Part shown: positions 56,276 through 64,000 of the stretch, in pieces | Position numbering within the stretch: position 1 is the stretch's first letter | Layout: each line of letters begins with the position of its first letter | Notes under the pieces: generated by a model | What the model saw: only the letters and a program-made list of their open reading frames with translations | Databases searched by the model: none | Told to the model about the DNA's origin: nothing | Virus record (IMG/VR): IMGVR_UViG_3300046615_000261 | Location: 32,001 to 96,000 of that record | DNA length: 64,000 bases | Source: a virus | Lineage: Duplodnaviria > Caudoviricetes | Strand: one strand, 5' to 3' | Position numbers and translations under genes: made by a program

Positions 56276-57712
56276 ATGGATAAATTCAATTTCGGCAAGC
56301 TGCGCGCGCTGGCTTCCGGCCAAAAGCTCGACGAAGCCAAAACCAAGTACCGCGCCGTAGAAGACTACGAGAAGAACGACGGCACTTGGCATGTCCTTGA
56401 CGACAAGGACAATCAAGACTCCCGCGGTATGCCAGAGTTCGAAGCGAAAGAACGTGCTGAATACCTGAACACCGGTATCCGCAAAGAGCGTCCAGTCTCT
56501 GCGCCTGTAAAGCGCGTAAAGCCAGGCGTCGTCAAGGAAGGCGTTTCGGACGCTGAGGACGTGTTCAATCGTCTCGAAGGCATCGCCAAGAATGGTATTG
56601 ACGCACGAGATGCAGAGAATATCAAGAAAGACATCGCCACCAAGCTCAAGCAAGGTTGGACTGCAACCGAAATCGTTTCGTACGTCCGTTGGACCGAAGA
56701 AATCAATCCTGACATCGAAGAAGATGAAGCGCTTGCAAAGATGAAGCGCGTCAAGACGGTCGTCCAAGATCGCCTCGGCAAGAAGGTTGACGAAGCGAAG
56801 GCCGACGAGCCAGAGAAGAAGATGTCGTGCCCAGGTTGCACCAAGAACGGTAAGAAGCTGTTCAGCAAGTTCACCGTGAACGCTGGTGCATGGTCCTGCG
56901 CTGATTGCGGCTGGGTGAAGGAAATGACCAAGACCGAAAAGAAGTCGCTCAAGGAATCAGCCTTGAACGAAGCCACGCACGAGACGAGCCTTGCAGATGA
57001 CGACACGACTGGCAAGTCCCCCGAGCAGACCGCTCAGTGGTTGGCCAAGAAGTTCAAAGTGCAAGTGAAGCTCATTGACGCTAACCCAAAGCACTCTGGC
57101 GGCTGGCCAATCTACGCGTTCACCGGTTCGGACGAAGCTATCAAGAAGCTCACGACGTACATCGGTGAACAAGACCTGAATGAATCAACCAAGGAAACTA
57201 AAATGAACGAAAGCATCAACAAGGCCCGCGCCCTCGCAGGTCTCCCACCAATGAAGCTCGTCGAAGCTGCTCCAGTCATGGAAGCAGGCGATGCAGCGAT
57301 CCTCGCGAAGGTCAAGGAAATCGGCAATGGCGGTTACATGGACCAGATCATTGTTCGCGCAGTGAAGCAACGCCTGGAATCCGGCAAGGAATCCGGCTTT
57401 GAGCACCCAGCGATTGTTCAAGCTGACAAGGTCATCAAGGCCCTCGGCCTGAAGGTCAAGGTCGCTGAAGCTGTCGTGACTGAAGGTACCGCTGGTCACT
57501 TCATGGAGCCAAGCGTTGGCCAAACCGGATCGATGCTTGTTCTTGACGACAACGCAGTCGTGAAGAAGCTTGCTAAGGTTCTCGGCCTTGATAGCGACTG
57601 GGTCCTGAAGGACATCGGCTCCGGTCTGTTCGCTGCGTACAACAGTGGCGATCGTCTCTCGATCTTCACGAACAAGAGCGACTACGTTGACGATCACCCA
57701 GACGCTGAGTAA
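56276..57712 (+). CDS. Probable internal head polyprotein (478 aa)
   Basis: 11 (L/V/M)xE(A/S/G) motifs, two RALA(S/G) motifs, CPGC..CADC zinc ribbon. Confidence 0.6.
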   Translation: MDKFNFGKLRALASGQKLDEAKTKYRAVEDYEKNDGTWHVLDDKDNQDSRGMPEFEAKERAEYLNTGIRKERPVSAPVKRVKPGVVKEGVSDAEDVFNRLEGIAKNGIDARDAENIKKDIATKLKQGWTATEIVSYVRWTEEINPDIEEDEALAKMKRVKTVVQDRLGKKVDEAKADEPEKKMSCPGCTKNGKKLFSKFTVNAGAWSCADCGWVKEMTKTEKKSLKESALNEATHETSLADDDTTGKSPEQTAQWLAKKFKVQVKLIDANPKHSGGWPIYAFTGSDEAIKKLTTYIGEQDLNESTKETKMNESINKARALAGLPPMKLVEAAPVMEAGDAAILAKVKEIGNGGYMDQIIVRAVKQRLESGKESGFEHPAIVQADKVIKALGLKVKVAEAVVTEGTAGHFMEPSVGQTGSMLVLDDNAVVKKLAKVLGLDSDWVLKDIGSGLFAAYNSGDRLSIFTNKSDYVDDHPDAE

Positions 57713-57742
57713 GCGCTAGGTACGGCACTTACCGTGCCACCA

Positions 57743-57821
57743 GAAACGACTGAGGGACCCTAGGGTCCCTCTTTTGTTAGCTAAACACCGATCAGAACCG
57801 GTGTCTCTGAGTGTCGCTCAG
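57743..57821. terminator. Second (inverted) copy of the 70-bp terminator element
   Basis: GAGGGACCCTAGGGTCCCTC at 57752-57771 followed by TTTT; between convergent genes. Confidence 0.8.
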
Positions 57822-58120
57822 AACTTGAACGTGACGATCGAGCTTGGTCGCGCGTACGTGTCTGATGTCCAGTCGTACGTGCCCTTGTAATCGGTCGCGT
57901 TCATCACGATCCCGTTCGGGCTCTTCTTCACGAAGTCAGCCAGGTCATCGGCCAATTCACCGTCGTTGTCGAGCTCGATGTAGTACACACCGCCATTCGA
58001 GCTGAACCGCAGATCGCCGAGATTGCACTTCCCTTTCATGCTCTTCACGTAAGCAGTGACCTTACGCTGAATTGCTTCGAAGTCCTTCTCGTTCCGGGCT
58101 TTGACATCAACCAATTTCAT
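57818..58120 (-). CDS. Hypothetical protein (100 aa)
   Basis: SD AGGAG; extended -10 TGATACAAT on the minus strand at 58144-58152. Confidence 0.75.
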   Translation of the reverse strand: MKLVDVKARNEKDFEAIQRKVTAYVKSMKGKCNLGDLRFSSNGGVYYIELDNDGELADDLADFVKKSPNGIVMNATDYKGTYDWTSDTYARPSSIVTFKF

Positions 58121-58149
58121 GTGTTCTCCTAGTCGGGATCAGGATTGTA

Positions 58150-58380
58150 TCACAACCCGAGACCGCCGAACGGGCTCTTCGATGCTGCCTCAATCCGCTT
58201 GTTGATACTTTCGATCACCAGGTCACGTTCGAACGCAGACATGTTCAAGGCCGTCTCGTACGGCACGCCACCACGGGTGTACGTAGCGATGTCGATCGCG
58301 GCCTGAATCAGGCCCTTGATTTCAATCTGCATTCGATCGATCATCTGAACGATTCTGGTGTGATCGCCAGTCAGAATCAT
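58150..58380 (-). CDS. Baseplate hub assembly protein, gp51-like
   Basis: PYETALNMSAFERDLVIESINKR; follows the gp26-like gene. Confidence 0.6.
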   Translation of the reverse strand: MILTGDHTRIVQMIDRMQIEIKGLIQAAIDIATYTRGGVPYETALNMSAFERDLVIESINKRIEAASKSPFGGLGL

Positions 58381-59165
58381 TCGGAGAAAAAAGATACAGG
58401 ATTGAGCGGGAGCTCAACCTTCATCTCACCACCACAGTCCTTGCACTTCAGCGGCACGGTCTGCTCTGGTCCCCAACCGTTCAACTCAGCCGCAGCTTCG
58501 TTGATTCGATTCACCATTGGCGATGTGAGCTTCCGGATCCATTCTTCGATGAACTTCGGATCAGTGACATCGTCAACCTTCTCGACCATCGATACGAGAT
58601 TGATCACGGCCATTTCCTTCACGTCTTCAGCCGTGAATTCCTTCTTGTTCGCTGAACGATGGAACAGCTCGATCACGTCCTTGAACTTCATCGGACGAGT
58701 GTACACCTTCTGACCGGTCACGAGCTCAACGACACGCTTCTCTTCGATCTGAGTTGGGTCTAGCAGAACCATCTTCTGCGCGAGCGCTTCGAGATCAACG
58801 ACGTACGAGTGCTGCTTAGCTTCAGCACAGTCGTGCTTCACTTCGATTCGGTACTCCGAACCGTACGTCACGAGGCGTAGGAAGAACAGGAGCGCGTCGA
58901 TGTCGCGGCCAAAGAGCTCAAGCGGCTTCTTGATCGATGGGACGCAGTCCGCCATCACGGCCTCGAGCGCCTTCCCGTTGAACAGCAGGTCGGGATTCTT
59001 CAAATTGATTTCAGCCAGTGCAGTCATTGGGTGCACATGGATTTCGCCGTTCTTGGTAGACGAATCAAGCTCGCCGTTCACGTACAGCGCTGCTCGGGAT
59101 GGGAGCTGGAACGTTCTGCCTGGCAGTTTGATCTTTGCCAGGAGTGGATTTGTGGTGTCGGACAT
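58377..59165 (-). CDS. Baseplate hub subunit, T4 gp26-like
   Basis: LPSR..Y, HPMTALAEI.LK, DIDALLFFLRLVTYG, CKDCG. Confidence 0.8.
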   Translation of the reverse strand: MSDTTNPLLAKIKLPGRTFQLPSRAALYVNGELDSSTKNGEIHVHPMTALAEINLKNPDLLFNGKALEAVMADCVPSIKKPLELFGRDIDALLFFLRLVTYGSEYRIEVKHDCAEAKQHSYVVDLEALAQKMVLLDPTQIEEKRVVELVTGQKVYTRPMKFKDVIELFHRSANKKEFTAEDVKEMAVINLVSMVEKVDDVTDPKFIEEWIRKLTSPMVNRINEAAAELNGWGPEQTVPLKCKDCGGEMKVELPLNPVSFFSE

Positions 59166-59182
59166 CAGTGTCGCCTTCGATC

Positions 59183-59188
59183 TAAATA
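59183..59188 (+). promoter_or_regulatory. Late promoter box TAAATA (tape measure)
   Basis: 51 nt before ATG 59240. Confidence 0.55.
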
Positions 59189-59199
59189 TGGAACCTACC

Positions 59200-59205
59200 T
59201 ATTTA
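59200..59205 (-). promoter_or_regulatory. Late promoter box TAAATA (gp26-like)
   Basis: 34 nt before ATG 59165. Confidence 0.6.
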
Positions 59206-59239
59206 CGGGCTTTAGAAAAGCCCCTCTCGGGACCACTGG

Positions 59240-62098
59240 ATGGCAATCGACAACGACATTCTTAAAACACTGCAGAGCATTGAGAAGCTTCTCAAGAGCA
59301 CGTCGTCTGCTGCTTCCGGTAAGTCAACGTTCTCTCAGAAATTCGACAAGATCCGCGGGAAGAAACAAGACGATAACTCTGGCGACGGTAAGACCTTCCA
59401 AGCTTTCACGAAGAGCATGGATAAGGCTGATGACGCTCTGCTTGGACTGTCAAGCAATCTGTCTGGCTTGAACAAGGAAGTCGGCAGAACGACGTCTGGA
59501 TTCAGCGCTCTGAATGCGCAGATGTCGAAGTTCATGTCGGCTCTGCAAGTCACGCCACCAGGTGTGACACAAGCTGCAGGCGCTCCGAGAACTCGTATCC
59601 CTGGTAAGAACGGGCTTGGTGGTGTCGCACCAGGTATCACGATTCCTGCTCCAGCGGCAGGTGTAGGCGCTGCCTCACCAATGAAGCAAGTCATGGGGCG
59701 AATGCTTCAGAACTTCGGCCAAGCATCCGTTGGTTCTGGCGGCCTTGCACTCGCATTCGGCGCACTGATTGACGCAACAAAGCGTGTCACTGGCGAGTAC
59801 TTTAATTTGGCTGAAATGGGCATGGGCTCAGTCAGCAATCTGGCGACACTCTCTAAGAACGCGCTGATGTCGGGCATGGCTCTGAAAGAGTACACGGCCC
59901 TGATCGGTTCGAGCATTAATGTCGCTTCCCGCGCCGGCAATCTCGAGAACTTCCAGAAGATCATCTCGGCGCAGGATGCCCAGCTCGCAGCAATTGGCGT
60001 GTTCGGTGCAGAAGCCCGCGCAATGCAGGCTTCGCTGGCCCAGAGTTCGGCGCAGCTTGGTGTTCCGATCGGTGATCTGACGAAGGCAACTTCATCGCAG
60101 ATCGACATCTTTGATAAGCTCCGCAAGTCGTCGAACATGACGGCTTCTGAGTTCGCAAGCATGACTCGTTCTGTTGCGAACAGTGAAGAAGCTCAGAAGG
60201 AACTGCTTGGACTTGCGCCATCAGAACGTATCGCTCGCATGAATCAGCTCGTGCAGCTGAACAGCATCGGTACGAAGATGGGTATGGCTGCTGACGCTTC
60301 CGCGAAGCTCGGCCAGGCTCTGATGGCGGCACGTCAATCGACCGTCAAGGAACGTATCGACACTTCCGGCCTGATGTTGCAGATGGGTGCGTTCACTGGG
60401 AACGGCGCCGCTGGCCAACGTGGCATGGAACTTCAAATGAAGGGCCGCCGCCGCACAGAGGCTGAAGACGAAGAACTGCTGCAGATCTCGCAGACCTTTG
60501 AGCGTTCTGCTCAGACGATGTACCAGCAGGGTTCGCTTGGCGTTCAGAATGTTCTTGATCAGTTCGAAGAACAATCCTCAAAGGGTGCGTACGGCCAGAT
60601 GGTCAAGGCTGGCCGAGGAAAGTCGCTCGCTGAAGATACTGGCACGGTAAATCAAGTTGCGTTCGGACAGCACGTTGGTGAATTCGGCCAGGCAGTTGGT
60701 AAGCTCACTTCACTGTTCAACGGTTTCGAACAGAGTGTTCTCGGCCCACTCGTCGCAGGTCTTGGTGGTGGTCTGCTCACGATGTTCCGCGGTCCAATCG
60801 TGAACATCCTGTCTAAGGCACTTGGATTCGGTGGTGGAGCAGCAAAGGCTGCAGGCGCAGTTGCTTCGGCCGCTGGAGGTGGTGGAGCTTCAGCTGCGTA
60901 CGGCGCTGGCCAGGCAGTCGGTAAGACGATGTCTTATTTGTCAAATGCATTCTCGACAGGTAAGAGCGCAATTGCTGGATACATCCAGAACGTAAGACTC
61001 TCGAGCGCAATCATCAAGGATGCTGGCGGCACGACAATGGAAGTCGTCGGTCAGGTCTTCAAGGATGGTATTACCGCAGTGAAGGGTAGCGGCACGATGA
61101 TGGCGGACGGCATGAAGTCATTCACCTCAGTCCTGAAGGCATCCGCACCTGAAATGAAGGCAGCGTTCGTGGGTGGTCTTGATGTGCTCAAAGGTGGCGC
61201 GGGAATGCTCTGGACCGGTTTGAAGGGTATCACGAAGATCTTCGGCCCACTGAGCGGTCTGATTGATGCTGCGATCGAAATGTTCACTGGCGATATGTCG
61301 GATGCGCTGAACCCAAGTGGCGGCGTATTCAACCGCATGGGCGGGATGATCACGGCATTCTTCACAGCAATTCCGAACATGCTCATTGACGCGCTTGCGT
61401 TCGTGTTCGGTGATGAGAACATCCAGCCTCTGAAGCGCGGTTTTGACCTGATCGTCGGGTACATGAACTTCGCGATCAAGGACTTCCTCGCTCGTCTCGC
61501 AGGTGGTGCTGCTGACTTGATGGAATCGCTGCCATTCGTTGGCAAAGACTCTCGCATGGTCAAGATGCTGCGCGGTTGGCAGGATGGTCTGGTTGACTCG
61601 GCGACTGAGAACGTCGCGATGGTCGAGAAGCTTTGGGACAACAACAGCGCGACGATGGCCTCGATCTCGAAGGAGAACAAGGCAGTCGCTGACAAGCAAT
61701 CAGCTACCTCAGAGCAAGCTGCCACGAAGGTCGTCGCTTCTCAGAGCAAGTTCAACAACGTGATGGAGGCCGGTGCAGTGACGGCCGCTTCTGTCTATGC
61801 CGACGCTGCAGCACTTGCTGCACCACAGGTTCAGGTTGCAAAACAGGTCAGCACGGCCCCTGTAAATACTGCTGATCAGCAGACCGCTCAGGCACAGGCC
61901 GCGGCTGCAACCCAACAACAGCAAGCTGCAACAGTGACGTCCGATCTGGCGTCGGTGATGCAGTCCATTCTACAAGTTCTACGTGAGAATCTGCCTCGTC
62001 AAACTGACAGCTCTGAAGCGCTGGTCAAGCTCGTTAAACCGCAGACCTCTTTCCAATCAGCAGAAGACGCCGCAAATCAACTCTTGCGCCGCAGGTAA
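59240..62098 (+). CDS. Tape measure protein (952 aa)
   Basis: Long Ala/Gly/Gln-rich helical protein with hydrophobic central segments, next to hub genes. Confidence 0.75.
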   Translation: MAIDNDILKTLQSIEKLLKSTSSAASGKSTFSQKFDKIRGKKQDDNSGDGKTFQAFTKSMDKADDALLGLSSNLSGLNKEVGRTTSGFSALNAQMSKFMSALQVTPPGVTQAAGAPRTRIPGKNGLGGVAPGITIPAPAAGVGAASPMKQVMGRMLQNFGQASVGSGGLALAFGALIDATKRVTGEYFNLAEMGMGSVSNLATLSKNALMSGMALKEYTALIGSSINVASRAGNLENFQKIISAQDAQLAAIGVFGAEARAMQASLAQSSAQLGVPIGDLTKATSSQIDIFDKLRKSSNMTASEFASMTRSVANSEEAQKELLGLAPSERIARMNQLVQLNSIGTKMGMAADASAKLGQALMAARQSTVKERIDTSGLMLQMGAFTGNGAAGQRGMELQMKGRRRTEAEDEELLQISQTFERSAQTMYQQGSLGVQNVLDQFEEQSSKGAYGQMVKAGRGKSLAEDTGTVNQVAFGQHVGEFGQAVGKLTSLFNGFEQSVLGPLVAGLGGGLLTMFRGPIVNILSKALGFGGGAAKAAGAVASAAGGGGASAAYGAGQAVGKTMSYLSNAFSTGKSAIAGYIQNVRLSSAIIKDAGGTTMEVVGQVFKDGITAVKGSGTMMADGMKSFTSVLKASAPEMKAAFVGGLDVLKGGAGMLWTGLKGITKIFGPLSGLIDAAIEMFTGDMSDALNPSGGVFNRMGGMITAFFTAIPNMLIDALAFVFGDENIQPLKRGFDLIVGYMNFAIKDFLARLAGGAADLMESLPFVGKDSRMVKMLRGWQDGLVDSATENVAMVEKLWDNNSATMASISKENKAVADKQSATSEQAATKVVASQSKFNNVMEAGAVTAASVYADAAALAAPQVQVAKQVSTAPVNTADQQTAQAQAAAATQQQQAATVTSDLASVMQSILQVLRENLPRQTDSSEALVKLVKPQTSFQSAEDAANQLLRRR

Positions 62099-62107
62099 GG
62101 ATATTTC

Positions 62108-63826
62108 ATGTCTCAAATGACTTCGTTCTGGCGCATCGTTGCTCCTAAGACACGTAAGCAACTGTACACAACGCTCAGCACGGATGCGTACGATCCACGC
62201 TCGACAGATATGTCGTCCATGGCTGCAGTTACTTGGTACTCGCAGATCATGCGCGGGCCAGGTACTCGGATGGCTTCGTACAAGCAGTACGACACAATGG
62301 ATACCGACATCGACATCTCGCGTTCCCTCGACATTATCGCCGAAGAAATGTCCGGCAAGGATGACAAGACTGATCTGCCGTTCGTGATCAAGTGGCAGAA
62401 GGAAGACAACCAAGACGTGTCTGACACGACAGTTGTGACAGTTCGTGCTGCTCTTCGTCAGTGGGCGCAGATGCAGGATCTGAAGAAGCGCGTGTTCAGC
62501 ACGGCTCGAACGATGATCAAGTACGGTGATTGCTTCTTCCGCAAGGGTTCTGACACGCGTAAGTGGACGTACGTCGATCCATCGCTCGTGATTGGTATCG
62601 AGGTTGACGAGCTCGGCACGAAGGTCGCTTATCATGTGAAGCGTCCAGCTCAACAGCAACAGCAATCGCAGATGTACACGACCCAGCGTATGGATGACGT
62701 TGACGTCGTTCCAGCGGCTGCGATGATTCACTTCTCGATGTGTGACGACATGGGCGACTCTGCTCCGTTCGGTCACTCAGTGCTGAAGCCAATCTTCCGT
62801 GTCTACCGTCAACTTTCGATGCTTGAAGATGCGGTGATCATTTACCGTATCGTTCGTGCTCCAGAACGCCGTGTGTTCTACATCGACGTCGGGAACATGA
62901 ACCAACAACAGGTCAAGCGTTACCTCGAGTCGGTCAAGAACGAAATCCGTCAGAAGCGCGCGCCAGGAACGACTGCTGGCGGCAAGGCTGAAGTTGACGG
63001 CCAATTCGATCCTACGTCGCTCCAAGAAGATTACTTCTTCCCAGTCACGGCCGCAGGTAAGGGTTCACGTGTTGAGACTCTGCCAGGCGGCACTGAAGAC
63101 TTCGGTACGAATCTGCTCCGCTCGTTTGCTGAGAAGATCTTCCGTGGTCTGCGTATTCCGACCTCGTACCTTGGCGGTCAAGAGGGTGCTGGCGCTCAGA
63201 CGAACGACGGCAAGGTCGGTATCGCGTACATCGAAGAACTTCGGTTCGCGAACTTCATCACGCGTCTGCAAGACCGGATGAACGAAATCTATGACCAAGA
63301 ATTCAAGATCTACTTGAAGGTCTGTGGTCTCCGCATTGACGATGAAGTGTTCCAGGTCCGTCTGCCAGATCCAGCGAACTTCGCGCTGTACCGTCAGGCT
63401 GCGCTCGATGCCGATCTGATTGCATCGTTCCAGAACATTCAGGAAGTTAAGTTCCTGTCGCGTCGCTTCATCTTGAAGCGTTACCTCGGTCTGACGGATG
63501 ACGAAATCCAGATGAACGAAGTGATGATCAAGGAAGAGAAGAACATGTCTGACAACGCGATTGTGCCGATCATGCAGCAGATGTATGACGATGCAGTGTA
63601 CGCGAATCGTGCCGAGATCACGGTTGACGGTGAGAACGTTGATCAAGGTGGCGGTGGTACTGACGAAGCTGGCGATCCAGGAGCAGGTCTCTTGGATAAC
63701 GACTTCGAAGACAAGCCATTCGCATCAGCGCCTGATGAGTCTCCAGAGGCAGCTCCACCTGAAGGTGCTGATGAAACTGGTGCAGAACCACCAGCGGCAG
63801 GTGAAGAACCGCCAGCAGCCGGCTAA
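62108..63826 (+). CDS. gp20: Portal vertex protein, T4 gp20-like
   Basis: QLSMLEDAVIIYRIVRAPERRVFYIDVGNM, EDYFFP, SRVETLPGG, EELRF. Confidence 0.95.
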   Translation: MSQMTSFWRIVAPKTRKQLYTTLSTDAYDPRSTDMSSMAAVTWYSQIMRGPGTRMASYKQYDTMDTDIDISRSLDIIAEEMSGKDDKTDLPFVIKWQKEDNQDVSDTTVVTVRAALRQWAQMQDLKKRVFSTARTMIKYGDCFFRKGSDTRKWTYVDPSLVIGIEVDELGTKVAYHVKRPAQQQQQSQMYTTQRMDDVDVVPAAAMIHFSMCDDMGDSAPFGHSVLKPIFRVYRQLSMLEDAVIIYRIVRAPERRVFYIDVGNMNQQQVKRYLESVKNEIRQKRAPGTTAGGKAEVDGQFDPTSLQEDYFFPVTAAGKGSRVETLPGGTEDFGTNLLRSFAEKIFRGLRIPTSYLGGQEGAGAQTNDGKVGIAYIEELRFANFITRLQDRMNEIYDQEFKIYLKVCGLRIDDEVFQVRLPDPANFALYRQAALDADLIASFQNIQEVKFLSRRFILKRYLGLTDDEIQMNEVMIKEEKNMSDNAIVPIMQQMYDDAVYANRAEITVDGENVDQGGGGTDEAGDPGAGLLDNDFEDKPFASAPDESPEAAPPEGADETGAEPPAAGEEPPAAG

Positions 63827-63829
63827 ATA
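63824..63829 (+). promoter_or_regulatory. Late promoter box TAAATA
   Basis: Overlaps the portal TAA; 26 nt before ATG 63856. Confidence 0.65.
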
Positions 63830-63855
63830 CAGGACTATTAGGCTAAGGAGCACTC

Positions 63856-64000
63856 ATGCAGCTGTTGAAAGAATACCTCGATCCAAGCACCACCAATCTG
63901 ACCGAAATGAAGAAGGTTGGCGGCGATCTCTACCTGTCTGGCATCATGATGCAAGCAGCACTGAAGAACGGCAATGGCCGCGTCTATCCAGTGAATGAAA
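63856..64000 (+). CDS. gp21: Prohead protease, T4 gp21-like (5' part, runs off the window)
   Basis: Read directly: MQLLKEYL...LYLSGIMMQAALKNGNGRVYP; SD AAGGAG. Confidence 0.9.
   Translation, partial: MQLLKEYLDPSTTNLTEMKKVGGDLYLSGIMMQAALKNGNGRVYPVNE

Noticed and set aside
57818-58120. MKLVDVK as a member of the leader family
   Set aside because: Only a partial match, and preceded by an extended -10 (TGATACAAT) rather than a late box; left out of the count
58150-59240. Programmed frameshift in tail chaperones next to the tape measure
   Set aside because: The two genes look like separate gp26- and gp51-like ORFs with an ATGA overlap; no convincing slippery heptamer seen
1-64000. tRNA, rRNA, CRISPR array, group I intron, intein, IS element, integrase
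   Set aside because: No intergenic gap is large enough or shows cloverleaf or repeat-spacer structure; portal, gp46, gp47 and gp55 are normal length; no transposase catalytic motif or terminal repeats
1-64000. Stop-codon reassignment
   Set aside because: Core genes are intact in the standard code, and TAA, TGA and TAG all end genes at expected positions

Overview
This is a gene-dense 64 kb segment of a large T4-like (contractile-tailed) dsDNA phage genome, probably a jumbo myovirus of a Gram-negative host, as judged by the two-component spanins. It holds most of the morphogenesis region: fibre proteins, PAAR, an M23+GH108 lysin, spanins, two giant baseplate proteins, gp6/gp25/gp5/hub/LysM/tube-initiator homologues, gp26/gp51-like proteins, tape measure, portal gp20 and the start of prohead protease gp21. 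It also holds a gp55 late sigma factor, gp47/gp46, an HslV-like peptidase, endonuclease VII and an exonuclease. Fifteen TAAATA late-promoter boxes precede late genes, and three + strand accessory islands share their own promoter motif. The main candidate system is a set of about 12 late genes sharing an N-terminal M(K/L)Lx(E/D)(L/I) leader. Several also carry internal (L/V/M)xE(A/S/G) sites resembling T4 capsid-targeting and gp21-processing signals. The putative head-packaged cargo includes nine copies of one GNAT-like domain in seven genes, a second GNAT, a J-domain protein and a polyprotein. Other highlights are a headless type IV pilin mimic, a small family-A/T7-RNAP-like polymerase, a possible RuvC-less TnpB-like protein and a catalytically degenerate 2OG-Fe(II) oxygenase. 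I saw no tRNA, rRNA, CRISPR array, intron or intein. All assignments come from motif recognition by eye; no searches were run.
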